Source: an uncultured Candidatus Saccharibacteria bacterium
GTDB taxonomy: Bacteria > Patescibacteriota > Minisyncoccia > Phycocordibacterales > UBA9973
Length of the DNA stretch: 64,000 bases
Reading direction: 5' to 3'
Assembly: GCA_964527235.1 (NCBI GenBank)
Contig: CAZGNC010000001.1
Span: forward strand, 83,220-147,219
The translations under genes were made by a program, and so were the position numbers. Below, piece by piece: positions 16,556 through 25,305 of this stretch (position 1 is the stretch's first letter; each line of letters opens with the position of its first letter). Below the pieces are notes generated by a model. The model was given only the letters and a program-made list of their open reading frames with translations. It was not told the origin of the DNA and searched no databases.

Positions 16556-16675
16556 ATGGCAAAAAGAAGCACAACACTAAGTCCTAAGAAAAAGTCTCGC
16601 CGATCTCACAAGACCAAGAAGCGTCTCGAAGTAAAGCGACAGATGCTAGCTAAGAAAGCAGGGAAGAGAAAATAA
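16556..16675 (+). CDS. 39-aa extremely basic protein MAKRSTTLSPKKKSRRSHKTKKRLEVKRQMLAKKAGKRK (ribosomal-protein-like or nucleic-acid-binding)
   Basis: Not in the track because it is under 60 aa. It is an intact ORF followed by a bidirectional terminator at 16702-16735. The composition is Lys/Arg-rich, like small r-proteins (bL35-like KKATKRK tail). Confidence 0.4.
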   Translation: MAKRSTTLSPKKKSRRSHKTKKRLEVKRQMLAKKAGKRK

Positions 16676-16701
16676 ATAATAGTTCTGCCTAAAAAGTGCG
16701 A

Positions 16702-16735
16702 ACCCCCGACCGTGTGCAACGGTGCGGGGGTTTTG
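16702..16735. terminator. Bidirectional hairpin ACCCCCG...CGGGGGT with T-runs on both strands
   Basis: Serves the 39-aa basic gene (+) and the 36-aa GC-rich peptide gene (-). Confidence 0.5.
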
Positions 16736-16753
16736 GGCGCCTGGGGGTGTTTT

Positions 16754-16864
16754 CTAGAACATCCCCAGGGCGCGATCGATGCTGTCGGTGCCGATGGCGT
16801 CGAGCACGGCGCCGGCGGCGAGGGTTGCGGTAAAGATGAGGAAGTCGGCAATCTTACGACGCAT
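16754..16864 (-). CDS. 36-aa GC-rich peptide MRRKIADFLIFTATLAAGAVLDAIGTDSIDRALGMF with SD (foreign-looking)
   Basis: RBS GGAGA-cccgcc-ATG. Lies in a ~200-bp stretch of >60% GC. Hydrophobic core. Confidence 0.35.
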   Translation of the reverse strand: MRRKIADFLIFTATLAAGAVLDAIGTDSIDRALGMF

Positions 16865-17035
16865 GGCGGGTCTCCGGGTTGTGCCTAGCAAAGCTAGGCG
16901 GTGATTTGTGCAACTGAGTACATTATAGCACGTTTTATGCTCAAAAGTCAATAGGCAAAACACCTTATATTGACTGTGTTTTGTAGTGTTTTTAGGCGAT
17001 TTAACATAAAGCCATATTTGTGATACAATGTAGGT

Positions 17036-17719
17036 ATGGAAACAAAAGATAAACTAAAGGAATATGGCGTTTTTTGGGTAGCTTTGGCATTACTAGTATT
17101 TGCATTAATATTTTTCGTGTCAGCTAGAGGATTCTCTGCGCAAGGAAAATTCGTAGAAGTTAAAGGTCTTTCAGAGAGAATCGTTAAAGCTGATGTGGCT
17201 ATCTGGTCTATCAACTTTGAAGTTAAGTCTAACAACATTGATACTCTTTCTCTCGATATCGAAAAGAATATTTCCGGAATAAAATCTTTCCTAACAGAGA
17301 AAGGATTTGAAGCTTCTGAGATAAATATCGCTCCAGTAAATATTTATCAGGATACTTATCGTGATGCACTATTCCGATACAATGCGAACGTGCAAATGTC
17401 TGTATATACCAAGAAAGTTGACCTAGTGAAGTCTGCTTCAGGAGAGACTCTGTCTTTGGTTAAAAAGGGCGTAACTATGAATCAAAACATGGTAACCTTC
17501 GAATTCTCTGACCTAAATAGCATCAAGCCCGAAATGTTACAAGAAGCTATCAAGAATGCGAGAGTTTCAGCTACACAGTTTGCCAAGGATTCTGGTTCAG
17601 CCCTAGGTGGCGTGTCTCGCGCGAATCAGGGAGTTTTCGATATTACTGAGAAAGACCCAGGTTCTCCTGAGTACAAGAAAATCCGCGTAGTTTCAAGTTT
17701 GAGATTCTTATTAAAGTAG
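17036..17719 (+). CDS. SIMPL/DUF541-family protein with N-terminal TM anchor
   Basis: TM anchor FWVALALLVFALIFFV. C-terminal ...AIKNARVSATQFAKDSGSALGGVSRANQGVF resembles the SIMPL domain. Extended -10 TGATACAAT lies 6 nt before the ATG. Confidence 0.55.
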   Translation: METKDKLKEYGVFWVALALLVFALIFFVSARGFSAQGKFVEVKGLSERIVKADVAIWSINFEVKSNNIDTLSLDIEKNISGIKSFLTEKGFEASEINIAPVNIYQDTYRDALFRYNANVQMSVYTKKVDLVKSASGETLSLVKKGVTMNQNMVTFEFSDLNSIKPEMLQEAIKNARVSATQFAKDSGSALGGVSRANQGVFDITEKDPGSPEYKKIRVVSSLRFLLK

Positions 17720-17747
17720 CTAAATAATCAACGTTCTATCTTAGTCT

Positions 17748-17930
17748 ATGATGGAAGTATTGTTTAAAGTCTGGATGCTTATAGCGGTGTTGCCTTTTCT
17801 GATGGCGCAGAAGGGTCTTGAGATGTTGGCTGAGCATATGGGCAAAGAAAGCTGGACAGAGATACTCCCTGAGATATTGGTGGTTGTATTATCTATTGCT
17901 GTGATAGTTCTGATATTGCTTGGATACTAA
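17748..17930 (+). CDS. 60-aa two-TM membrane peptide (hypothetical)
   Basis: Two hydrophobic helices. Confidence 0.3.
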   Translation: MMEVLFKVWMLIAVLPFLMAQKGLEMLAEHMGKESWTEILPEILVVVLSIAVIVLILLGY

Positions 17931-18611
17931 TTATTCCAAAGCCTCAGTGTTGTTCCAAGTTAAGAGCTTCCACTCGGTTTTACTAAACCAGTGTGGAATA
18001 CAGAGGCATATAGTCATGCCGGCGTTGTTGATGGGGTTAAAATAGCTAAGCTCGTTATACTGTGAGGCAGTTAGCTTCTTGCCGTATAGCATGGATGCGA
18101 TGACCATTTTAAGAAATATTCCATGGGTCACCATTATTATTCTTTCTTCTTTTTGTCCCTTGATGAAGCGAAGTAGCTTGTGGGCTCTGTTTTTCAAATC
18201 TATGAAATTTTCTTCATCAGAATAGCGTAGATTATCTTCATGAAAGCTGTTGTCGATACGGTCGACTATTTGTTTTACTTCTTTTGAGTCAGCCTTTTTA
18301 CCGATTATTTCTGAAGGGTTCCTTCTTTCTACTAGAAGATCAGAAAAATGGATTTCCATGTCCAATTCTTTGGCAATTATTTCTGCGGTTTCTTTGGTGC
18401 GCTGATACGGACTTGCAAAGAGTATCTGGGGTTTGCCTCTTTTCTTTGGGAATTTTTGTGCAGTTTCTAGTGCCTGTCTACGACCGAGTTCAGTCAGAGA
18501 GCCTTCTGAGCCTTGCCTTATACCCTGGGCATTGAGCTCTGATTCTCCATGTCTAACGAAGTAAATAATTTTTCTAGCCATAGATAATATTTTAGCATAA
18601 CTGCCTTGCAA
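17931..18611 (-). CDS. Histidine phosphatase superfamily (phosphoglycerate mutase-like) protein
   Basis: IIYFVRHGESELN (RHG catalytic motif)...TELGRRQA. Extended -10 TGCTAAAAT lies 6 nt before the ATG. Confidence 0.85.
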   Translation of the reverse strand: MQGSYAKILSMARKIIYFVRHGESELNAQGIRQGSEGSLTELGRRQALETAQKFPKKRGKPQILFASPYQRTKETAEIIAKELDMEIHFSDLLVERRNPSEIIGKKADSKEVKQIVDRIDNSFHEDNLRYSDEENFIDLKNRAHKLLRFIKGQKEERIIMVTHGIFLKMVIASMLYGKKLTASQYNELSYFNPINNAGMTICLCIPHWFSKTEWKLLTWNNTEALE

Positions 18612-18665
18612 CGACTATGGATTCTTGGATTTTGGCTTATTTTCTTGCTATACTGCAATTAATTT

Positions 18666-19352
18666 ATGAACAACAATTTACCTAGAGTTTCTGCGGTTGT
18701 GGCAGCATATAGAGAGAGACCTCGCATAGGTAGTGTACTCGAAACTTTACTTGCCTCAGATGTATTGAGTGAAGTGGTGCTGGTGGATGATGGGTCAGGT
18801 GACGGTACTGAAGAATACGTGCGAAAAGAATTCCCAGCTGTGCGATTGCTAGTAAATGAGCGCAACCACGGTAAAGCATACTCAATGGATAAAGGAGTGA
18901 AAGCATCTACTGGGGATGTGATATTTTTCTGTGATGCAGACCTGGTGGGGCTAACACCCGAAATGGTTAGAGATATGGTGAGCCCGGTGATAGAGAATAA
19001 GTACGATATGTTTATTGGCATACGTAATAATGTAATGCAGAAATCATTTCTGCCCTTTGCTCTAAACTCTGGTGAGCGCACGATGCGTAAAGAGGTTTGG
19101 CAGAGGTTGCCTCAGTTTTATAAGTTCAGATTTCGCATAGAGGCAGGGCTTAACTTTATGGTGTATTTTATGGGGCGACGTGGTTTGGGTTACAGGGTGA
19201 TGCCGTACTTTCAGACATTAAAAGAAAAGAAATATGGTTTTTGGCGTGGGGAGTGGCAACGCCAGAAAATGAATTTAGATGTGGTGACTGGCTGGGTGAG
19301 AGCTTTCTTTGAATTTTTATTTTTGGCGAAAATTCTAGGTAAAAAGTTATAA
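18666..19352 (+). CDS. Glycosyltransferase family 2
   Basis: VVLVDDGSGDGT...HGKAYSMDKG...FFCDADL. Confidence 0.85.
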   Translation: MNNNLPRVSAVVAAYRERPRIGSVLETLLASDVLSEVVLVDDGSGDGTEEYVRKEFPAVRLLVNERNHGKAYSMDKGVKASTGDVIFFCDADLVGLTPEMVRDMVSPVIENKYDMFIGIRNNVMQKSFLPFALNSGERTMRKEVWQRLPQFYKFRFRIEAGLNFMVYFMGRRGLGYRVMPYFQTLKEKKYGFWRGEWQRQKMNLDVVTGWVRAFFEFLFLAKILGKKL

Positions 19353-19361
19353 AATATATTT

Positions 19362-19970
19362 ATGGTAGAACAACTCACATGGTTACGGGAAGTAATAATT
19401 AATTATCCTTCGTTTCAATACGTGACGATATTCTTGGGCGCTGCGCTTGGAGGGGAGGTAGCACTTTTTACGTTAGCATTTCTGGCGGCGCAGAAAATAA
19501 TTTCTCCTATCGCCTTGGTTTTATTGAGCTTGGTTGGCACGATGTGTTCTGATTCTATGTGGTTCCTGTTGGGTCGGACAAATCCTGCCAAGAAATTCAT
19601 CTATCATCGTTATACTACTTCGACCATTACAGTTATAGCTGAAGCAATACGCAGAGTAAGTCGAGGGAGTCATCTGATGGCTCTGATATTTGCAAAATTT
19701 CTAGTTGGGACTCGTATTGTGATGCTCCTTTACCTTAGTAATTTAGAGTTTTCTTTTAAGGAATTTATCCGCTATAATGTGGTCGCTACCTTAATCTGGC
19801 TTCTGGTGGTTATACCGACTGGGTATCTCTCGGGTTTGGGCTTTACGTATGTAGCAGAAGTTTTCCAGAATATTTATGCCGGGCTAGGGTTTGTCTTTTT
19901 GGTTTTGATAGTTATAGTTATACTTCAATTATGGTTAAAAAAGATATTCATCCACATGCGCGACCGATAG
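19362..19970 (+). CDS. DedA/SNARE-associated (TVP38/TMEM64) family membrane protein
   Basis: VTIFLGAALGGEVALFTLAFLAAQK...LVGTMCSDSMWFLLGR. Confidence 0.55.
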   Translation: MVEQLTWLREVIINYPSFQYVTIFLGAALGGEVALFTLAFLAAQKIISPIALVLLSLVGTMCSDSMWFLLGRTNPAKKFIYHRYTTSTITVIAEAIRRVSRGSHLMALIFAKFLVGTRIVMLLYLSNLEFSFKEFIRYNVVATLIWLLVVIPTGYLSGLGFTYVAEVFQNIYAGLGFVFLVLIVIVILQLWLKKIFIHMRDR

Positions 19971-20701
19971 CTTTGAAAGGCGGAGGTGAATTGGCGTTTT
20001 TGCTTATTCACGGATACACCGGAAGTCCTACAGACTTTAACGGTTTGCCGGCGTTCTTGGAGAAGAATTTACAGGCTTCGGTATATGCGCCACTTCTGCC
20101 TGGGCACGGAACTGTAGTAGAAGATCTTGTCGGACTAACCAAGGATGATTTTATAAAAAGTGCTGAGCAAGAGCTCGAACATCTTCTTTCTAAACATAAA
20201 AAGGTAATAGTTGGTGGGCATAGTTTTGGTGGGCAGATAGCGCTGCATTTATCGGCTAGATATCCAGTACACGGAGTGGTGGTGACGGCGGCTCCAGTGA
20301 AGCCAGCGATACTTCTGACTATTCCTTGGCTATATGAGGTGTATAAGTTTTTATTCAGGAAAAAGTTTTTCAATAAATCTCACTCTAAAGAGCAGATACA
20401 GGCTAGAAGAAATGCTAGCTCTTTCTCGTACGATAAAATGCCGGCTTATGGGTTGCGATTGATTTTAGATATGAATAAAGACCTAAAGAAAATACTAAAA
20501 AACACAACAAGCCCTATGCTGAGTTTCTACGTGAAAAAGGATGGTGTTGCTGATGCTGAAAGTGGCGCAGAGATCGAAAGACTGATTTCTTCCGTTGAAA
20601 AACGGACACACACACTAGACTCTCTAGAGCATGGAGTTTTCTTTACTGAAGACGCTCCGCAGATATACCAGGAAGTTGTGGAATTCTTTAAAGATAGATA
20701 A
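19931..20701 (+). CDS. Alpha/beta-hydrolase fold esterase
   Basis: GxSxG nucleophile elbow GGHSFGG. HGYTGSP oxyanion-region motif. Confidence 0.75.
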   Translation: MVKKDIHPHARPIALKGGGELAFLLIHGYTGSPTDFNGLPAFLEKNLQASVYAPLLPGHGTVVEDLVGLTKDDFIKSAEQELEHLLSKHKKVIVGGHSFGGQIALHLSARYPVHGVVVTAAPVKPAILLTIPWLYEVYKFLFRKKFFNKSHSKEQIQARRNASSFSYDKMPAYGLRLILDMNKDLKKILKNTTSPMLSFYVKKDGVADAESGAEIERLISSVEKRTHTLDSLEHGVFFTEDAPQIYQEVVEFFKDR

Positions 20702-20758
20702 TGCTTGACTTAGGCTGTGAGTATTTTAAGATAATATTGAATATACACCGGAGCGTGT

Positions 20759-20923
20759 ATGAGTGCATTCGATAAGGGGCAGCGCGGTGATGAGACCATC
20801 AAGACCGAGCTCCCAACGTTTCGTCTGAAGCCAAGCCCAATTCCGCACTTGGCTACTCCAGAGGATAACGGAGAGTGCAGGAGGCCGTTGCCTCCTGCGA
20901 CGCAGGGGAAAGACCCTCAGTGA
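20759..20923 (+). CDS. Possible 54-aa hydrophilic ORF in a GC-rich intergenic module (alternatively an ncRNA)
   Basis: GGAG-cgtgt-ATG. ~58% GC patch (20740-20990) between AT-rich genes. Weak terminator-like hairpin at 20946-20975. No homology recognised. Confidence 0.2.
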   Translation: MSAFDKGQRGDETIKTELPTFRLKPSPIPHLATPEDNGECRRPLPPATQGKDPQ

Positions 20924-21014
20924 TCATACATGGGGGCAGGTAAAGGGGGCCGATTGCAGCACAGCGCAGTCGGTCCTTTGTACTTTAATGCCCCAAATAT
21001 GATATAATGTAATT

Positions 21015-21413
21015 ATGAAAATCAACTTATTAAGCAAGAATATGGAGCTCACAGAGGCCATATATGAGTATGTTGAGAAGAGGGTTACTAATTTAGAAAA
21101 ATTATTAGGCAAGATTGAGGAGAGTGGTGGGGAAGTTTCTGTAGTGTTCGAAGTTTCTCAGAGTAGTAAGCGTCACAAGTCAGGAGATATTTTCCATGCA
21201 GATTGTTTAGTAAAAATAAAAGGCGAAGAATATTATGCTAGTGCTGATGAGAGTGATCTATATGCCGCTGTAGATAAAATCAAAGACACTCTATTTAGAG
21301 AAATAAGTAAAGACAAAGATCGCACTCAGACACTACTTCATCGTGGAGCTCGTAGCGTAAAGAAAATGCTCAAGGGCCTCTCAAAGAGAAATCCTTTCAC
21401 CTCTAAATATTAA
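21015..21413 (+). CDS. hpf: Ribosome hibernation-promoting factor / RaiA (S30AE family)
   Basis: MKINLLSKNMELTEAIYEYVEKRVTNLEKL matches the HPF N-terminus (MQLNITGHN.E.T.AL...V..K..KL). Confidence 0.75.
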   Translation: MKINLLSKNMELTEAIYEYVEKRVTNLEKLLGKIEESGGEVSVVFEVSQSSKRHKSGDIFHADCLVKIKGEEYYASADESDLYAAVDKIKDTLFREISKDKDRTQTLLHRGARSVKKMLKGLSKRNPFTSKY

Positions 21414-22223
21414 TTAGTTTCTAAAGTCTATCTCTTTGCCACCTTCAGGGATTACTTTTTCTATTATAAATTTCCCGTCTTCTAGTCTAGCTTTGGTTAT
21501 GATTATTCTTTTGCCGTCTTTGAAAAAGAAGGTTCTGGGCCAGTGTGCATAGGCACGGAATTTATTGTAATTTTTCGTAGCATCGTCGTTTAAATCTATA
21601 AGCCCGTCCTCTTTCTTTATTTTCTTACAGAAAGTCGCTTCATTTTCTGATTGTGGAGTTTCTTTGGTGTTACCTGCAATTAAATCAGGTAGAATTTTAA
21701 CCAACAATTCTCCGCCTACTTTTATCAGCCTAGCTCTGAGTTCTGGAGCAGTTTCATCTGGCATTATGGCTGTTTCTTCTAGGGCTATAATTGGCCCTGA
21801 GTCCATCTTGTAAGCCATCTTTTGGATTGTAACGCCAGTGATCGTATCACCGTTAAGAATCGCCGATTCTACTGGTGAGGCGCCACGGTATTTGGGCAGC
21901 ATGGAATAATGGATATTGATTGAGCCTAATCTAGGGGCGTTTAATATATCCTCTGGAATTATTTTCCCATAAGCTACTACAATAGATAAATCAAATTTAG
22001 ATACGTCAGGGTTTTCAGTTTGCGTATAGGGGATATTGTTCTTTTCTGCCCAGACTTTAACGGGTGGAGGAGTAACAAGCATTTTACGGCCTTGAGGTTT
22101 ATCTTCTCCTGTAACAATTAATGCTGGAATGTATCCTGAGTTTTTAAGTATTTCAAGAGTTTCTGACGCTACATCAGGAGTACCCCAAAACACGAAATTA
22201 AGTTTCTCGTTTGAATTATGCAT
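21414..22223 (-). CDS. fmt: Methionyl-tRNA formyltransferase
   Basis: FWGTPDVASETLEIL; formyltransferase core SINIHYSMLPKYRGASPVESAILNGD. Confidence 0.85.
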   Translation of the reverse strand: MHNSNEKLNFVFWGTPDVASETLEILKNSGYIPALIVTGEDKPQGRKMLVTPPPVKVWAEKNNIPYTQTENPDVSKFDLSIVVAYGKIIPEDILNAPRLGSINIHYSMLPKYRGASPVESAILNGDTITGVTIQKMAYKMDSGPIIALEETAIMPDETAPELRARLIKVGGELLVKILPDLIAGNTKETPQSENEATFCKKIKKEDGLIDLNDDATKNYNKFRAYAHWPRTFFFKDGKRIIITKARLEDGKFIIEKVIPEGGKEIDFRN

Positions 22224-22227
22224 ACTC

Positions 22228-22767
22228 TTATCCTATGTGCTCTGCTTTAATATCTTTCGCGTGGTCGATAAACAATACGCCGTTGAGATGGTCTGTCTCG
22301 TGCTGGAATATTTGTGCCAAGAGCCCTGATGCACCTCGGGTGAATTTCTTGCCTTTTTCGTCATAAGCAGTTACTGTGGCTTTCTTTGACCGCCAGGTTT
22401 TCCCATATAGCGGGCGCACTGAAAGACAGCCTTCAGGCATCCATTCTTTGTCGCGGGATAGTTTAGAAATCTTTGGATTTATAAATACCACATCTTCAAC
22501 CTCAGCATTATTAAGTTCAGCCAGAGATTCTTCTTGAAGGTCTTCTTTGCCAAAATCTTTTAGGAATATTCTTCCTGATACCAAGAAAATTCTAAGCGAA
22601 TATCCTATCTGTGGAGCTGCTATCGCCACGCCGTCGCTCTGGCTCCTGAGTGATTGAGACATTTCAGCCAAGATTTTCTTAATTTTAGTAGAAGCAATTT
22701 GCTCTAGAGGAACTTCTTTGGCTATCTTCCTGAGAACTTTTTCTTCTTTTTGAAGAATTTTCTTCAT
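22228..22767 (-). CDS. def: Peptide deformylase
   Basis: Motifs GVAIAAPQIG, EGCLS and HETDHLNG. Confidence 0.9.
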   Translation of the reverse strand: MKKILQKEEKVLRKIAKEVPLEQIASTKIKKILAEMSQSLRSQSDGVAIAAPQIGYSLRIFLVSGRIFLKDFGKEDLQEESLAELNNAEVEDVVFINPKISKLSRDKEWMPEGCLSVRPLYGKTWRSKKATVTAYDEKGKKFTRGASGLLAQIFQHETDHLNGVLFIDHAKDIKAEHIG

Positions 22768-22771
22768 TGTT

Positions 22772-24070
22772 TTATTTTAGCTCTTTTATGTATTCTAAGA
22801 GTTTGCTTAGTTTGACTGTTTCTTGGGAGCGGTTAGTCATATTGCGTACGATAACAGCGTTATCGAGTGCTTCCTTAACCCCGAAAATTATAGCGTAGGG
22901 GATGGCGAGTCTTTCTGCTACTGCTAGCTGGGATCCCAGACTGTCTTTAGATAGTGAATGAGCTATCGGTATGTGTGCCTTACGGAGAATTTCTATAATG
23001 TTTAGACTTTTCAATTTTGCCTCATTGCCAAGCTGAATGAAGTAAATTTTTGGTTTTTTAACAATGCGAGGAGAGAGCTTCTTGTACCATTTAGCTTCTA
23101 TGACTCGATCTACACCGATAGAGAAACCAACTCCAGGGACATCCTTCTTGCTCCCAATTTGACGAGCCAGGTAATCATATCTACCTCCTGAGGCTATCTG
23201 CATAGGTCCTACGCCTTCTTCACCGCTTTCAGAATAAACTTCGAATACTGTTCGGGTGTAATAAGAAAGACCGCGAACTAGATTCTTATTGATGTTGTAC
23301 GGAATACCCATTTCTTCGAGGTACTCCAATACTTCTTTGAAGTGTTTCTTGCAAGACGCGCACAGGAAGCTAACTGCATCTGGAGCGTTCTCGTTTATTT
23401 CTTTTGTTTTTTCTTCTTTAGAGTCTAGGATGCGAAGGGGATTGGTCTTTAGTCTTTGTCTATCAATTGCGCCCAGGCTGTTGATGTGCTTTTTGTAGTA
23501 GTTGGTTAGTTCTTTGATATATCCACCACGGCATTCTTTATCCCCGATAGAATTTATCTCTATTGAAAGATTTTCTGCACCGGCTTCTTCTAGGATACTC
23601 ATACCTGTTTTAATAACGAAAGCGTCCATAATACTCTTGTCGCTTCCTAGTGAATCAAGATCGAACTGCCAGAATTGTCGATAACGTCCGCGCTGAGGTT
23701 TGTCATGGCGGAAGACTGGTCCGTATTGATAGAACATTACAGGCTGAGGCATAGCTTGCATACCATGCTCTATGTATGCGCGCATTAGAGGAGCAGTGTG
23801 TTCTGGGCGCATTGCTAAATGATCACCGCCCTTGGTTCGCAAGGTATACATTTCTTTATCTACGATATCAGTACCTTCGCCGACGCTACTGGTGAACACA
23901 TCTTCGTTTTCAAGTATTGGAGTTTCTATTGGTTTAAAGCCATAATACACTGCTACTTCTTGAGCCTTTTCGAATAGACCTTGAAAAGCATAATATTCTT
24001 CACTAACAATATCCCTCATTCCTTTTGGAGAGGTGTAATCTTTCTGTTTGGTTTTTGAATCTTTAGACAT
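22772..24070 (-). CDS. hisS: Histidyl-tRNA synthetase
   Basis: Class II motifs. GMRD near the N-terminus and the HisRS-specific GGRYDYL. Confidence 0.9.
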   Translation of the reverse strand: MSKDSKTKQKDYTSPKGMRDIVSEEYYAFQGLFEKAQEVAVYYGFKPIETPILENEDVFTSSVGEGTDIVDKEMYTLRTKGGDHLAMRPEHTAPLMRAYIEHGMQAMPQPVMFYQYGPVFRHDKPQRGRYRQFWQFDLDSLGSDKSIMDAFVIKTGMSILEEAGAENLSIEINSIGDKECRGGYIKELTNYYKKHINSLGAIDRQRLKTNPLRILDSKEEKTKEINENAPDAVSFLCASCKKHFKEVLEYLEEMGIPYNINKNLVRGLSYYTRTVFEVYSESGEEGVGPMQIASGGRYDYLARQIGSKKDVPGVGFSIGVDRVIEAKWYKKLSPRIVKKPKIYFIQLGNEAKLKSLNIIEILRKAHIPIAHSLSKDSLGSQLAVAERLAIPYAIIFGVKEALDNAVIVRNMTNRSQETVKLSKLLEYIKELK

Positions 24071-24080
24071 TTTATTAATT

Positions 24081-24692
24081 TTATTTCACACTTCCTGGGA
24101 GCAAATCCATATCACTTACCGGCAATAAGCGTAGGAAGGCCCTACCCACTAAAAGATCTTTTTTTACTGGACCCCAATATCTAGAGTCTGAGCTTGCATC
24201 TCTGTTGTCGCCCATAACAAAGTATTCGTCGTTACCTAATTCAAAATGCATAGCTTCGTCATTGGAGGGATTTTTTATAAAATATTGATCAATCTTGAAC
24301 CCCTCTTTGTTTTCTTTGTTGGTTATGGTGACAGTCTCTCCCTTTATATCAACGGTTTCATTTGGGAGCCCAATGATTCTTTTTATAAAGAATTTTGTGG
24401 TGTCCTTGGGGTATTTAAATATCACTACATCAAGTCTTTGAGGTTCGCCGAGGCGATAAGATAATTCATCTACAATTAGATAATCTGAATTTTCAAAAGT
24501 AGGAACCATTGAAGACCCAGATACTATGAAAGGCTGGGCTATAAACACTCTCACAGGCACCACGACGGCTATTGCTACTAAAGCAAAACCGGCAAATTCT
24601 AATATAGATTGGCCGAGGGTTTTTAAGGGAGTGGGGCTGGTTTCTCTCGAACCAACTTCTTTTTCTAATTCCATGCTTATAATATAGCACAA
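24081..24692 (-). CDS. lepB: Signal peptidase I
   Basis: Catalytic-Ser box GSSMVPTF and box E GDNRDASSDSRYWG. TM anchor. Confidence 0.9.
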   Translation of the reverse strand: MCYIISMELEKEVGSRETSPTPLKTLGQSILEFAGFALVAIAVVVPVRVFIAQPFIVSGSSMVPTFENSDYLIVDELSYRLGEPQRLDVVIFKYPKDTTKFFIKRIIGLPNETVDIKGETVTITNKENKEGFKIDQYFIKNPSNDEAMHFELGNDEYFVMGDNRDASSDSRYWGPVKKDLLVGRAFLRLLPVSDMDLLPGSVK

Positions 24693-24770
24693 AAAAGTAT
24701 TGACACAACACCTATATGTGTTTTGAAATAAAATTTGCCACTTCGGTGTTTTGAGTGGTATTATGAATGC

Positions 24771-25304
24771 ATGAAATTATTAGTTGGTCTTGGAAATCCT
24801 GGAGAGGAATACGAAAACACTAGGCACAATACTGGACGTATTGTGGTAGGTTTGGTTGAGAAGAAGCTCGAAGATAGTAATTTAAAAATAAAATACCTCA
24901 CACCAGACACCTTTATGAATAATTCAGGTAAGGCTGTTGCGCCGTTAGTGAAGTCTAAAAAAGATTTGAAAGATTTAGTGGTAGTGTACGACGATATTGA
25001 TTTACCACTAGGTAAGATGAAAATTTCTTTTAATCGTTCTTCTGGTGGTCACAATGGTCTAGGATCTATCATAAAGTCACTAAAGACTGAAGAATTTGTT
25101 CGTATTCGAATAGGTATCGCGCCATCGACACCATCTGGAAAAATAAAAAAGCCAAAAGGTGAGAAAGCCACACTTAACTTCCTCCTAGGAGAGTTTAAAA
25201 AGCCAGAACTCGAAGTTTTGAAAAAACTCTCAAAGAACGTTGCTCTCGCAGTAGAAACTATCTTTACTGAAAGCAAAGATAAGGCGATGACTTTATATAA
25301 TTAG
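24771..25304 (+). CDS. pth: Peptidyl-tRNA hydrolase
   Basis: Start is placed at MKLLVGLGNPGEEYENTRHNTG (the track ORF begins 12 codons upstream). Extended -10 TGGTATTAT lies 6 nt before this ATG. Confidence 0.85.
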   Translation: MKLLVGLGNPGEEYENTRHNTGRIVVGLVEKKLEDSNLKIKYLTPDTFMNNSGKAVAPLVKSKKDLKDLVVVYDDIDLPLGKMKISFNRSSGGHNGLGSIIKSLKTEEFVRIRIGIAPSTPSGKIKKPKGEKATLNFLLGEFKKPELEVLKKLSKNVALAVETIFTESKDKAMTLYN

Positions 25305-25305
25305 C

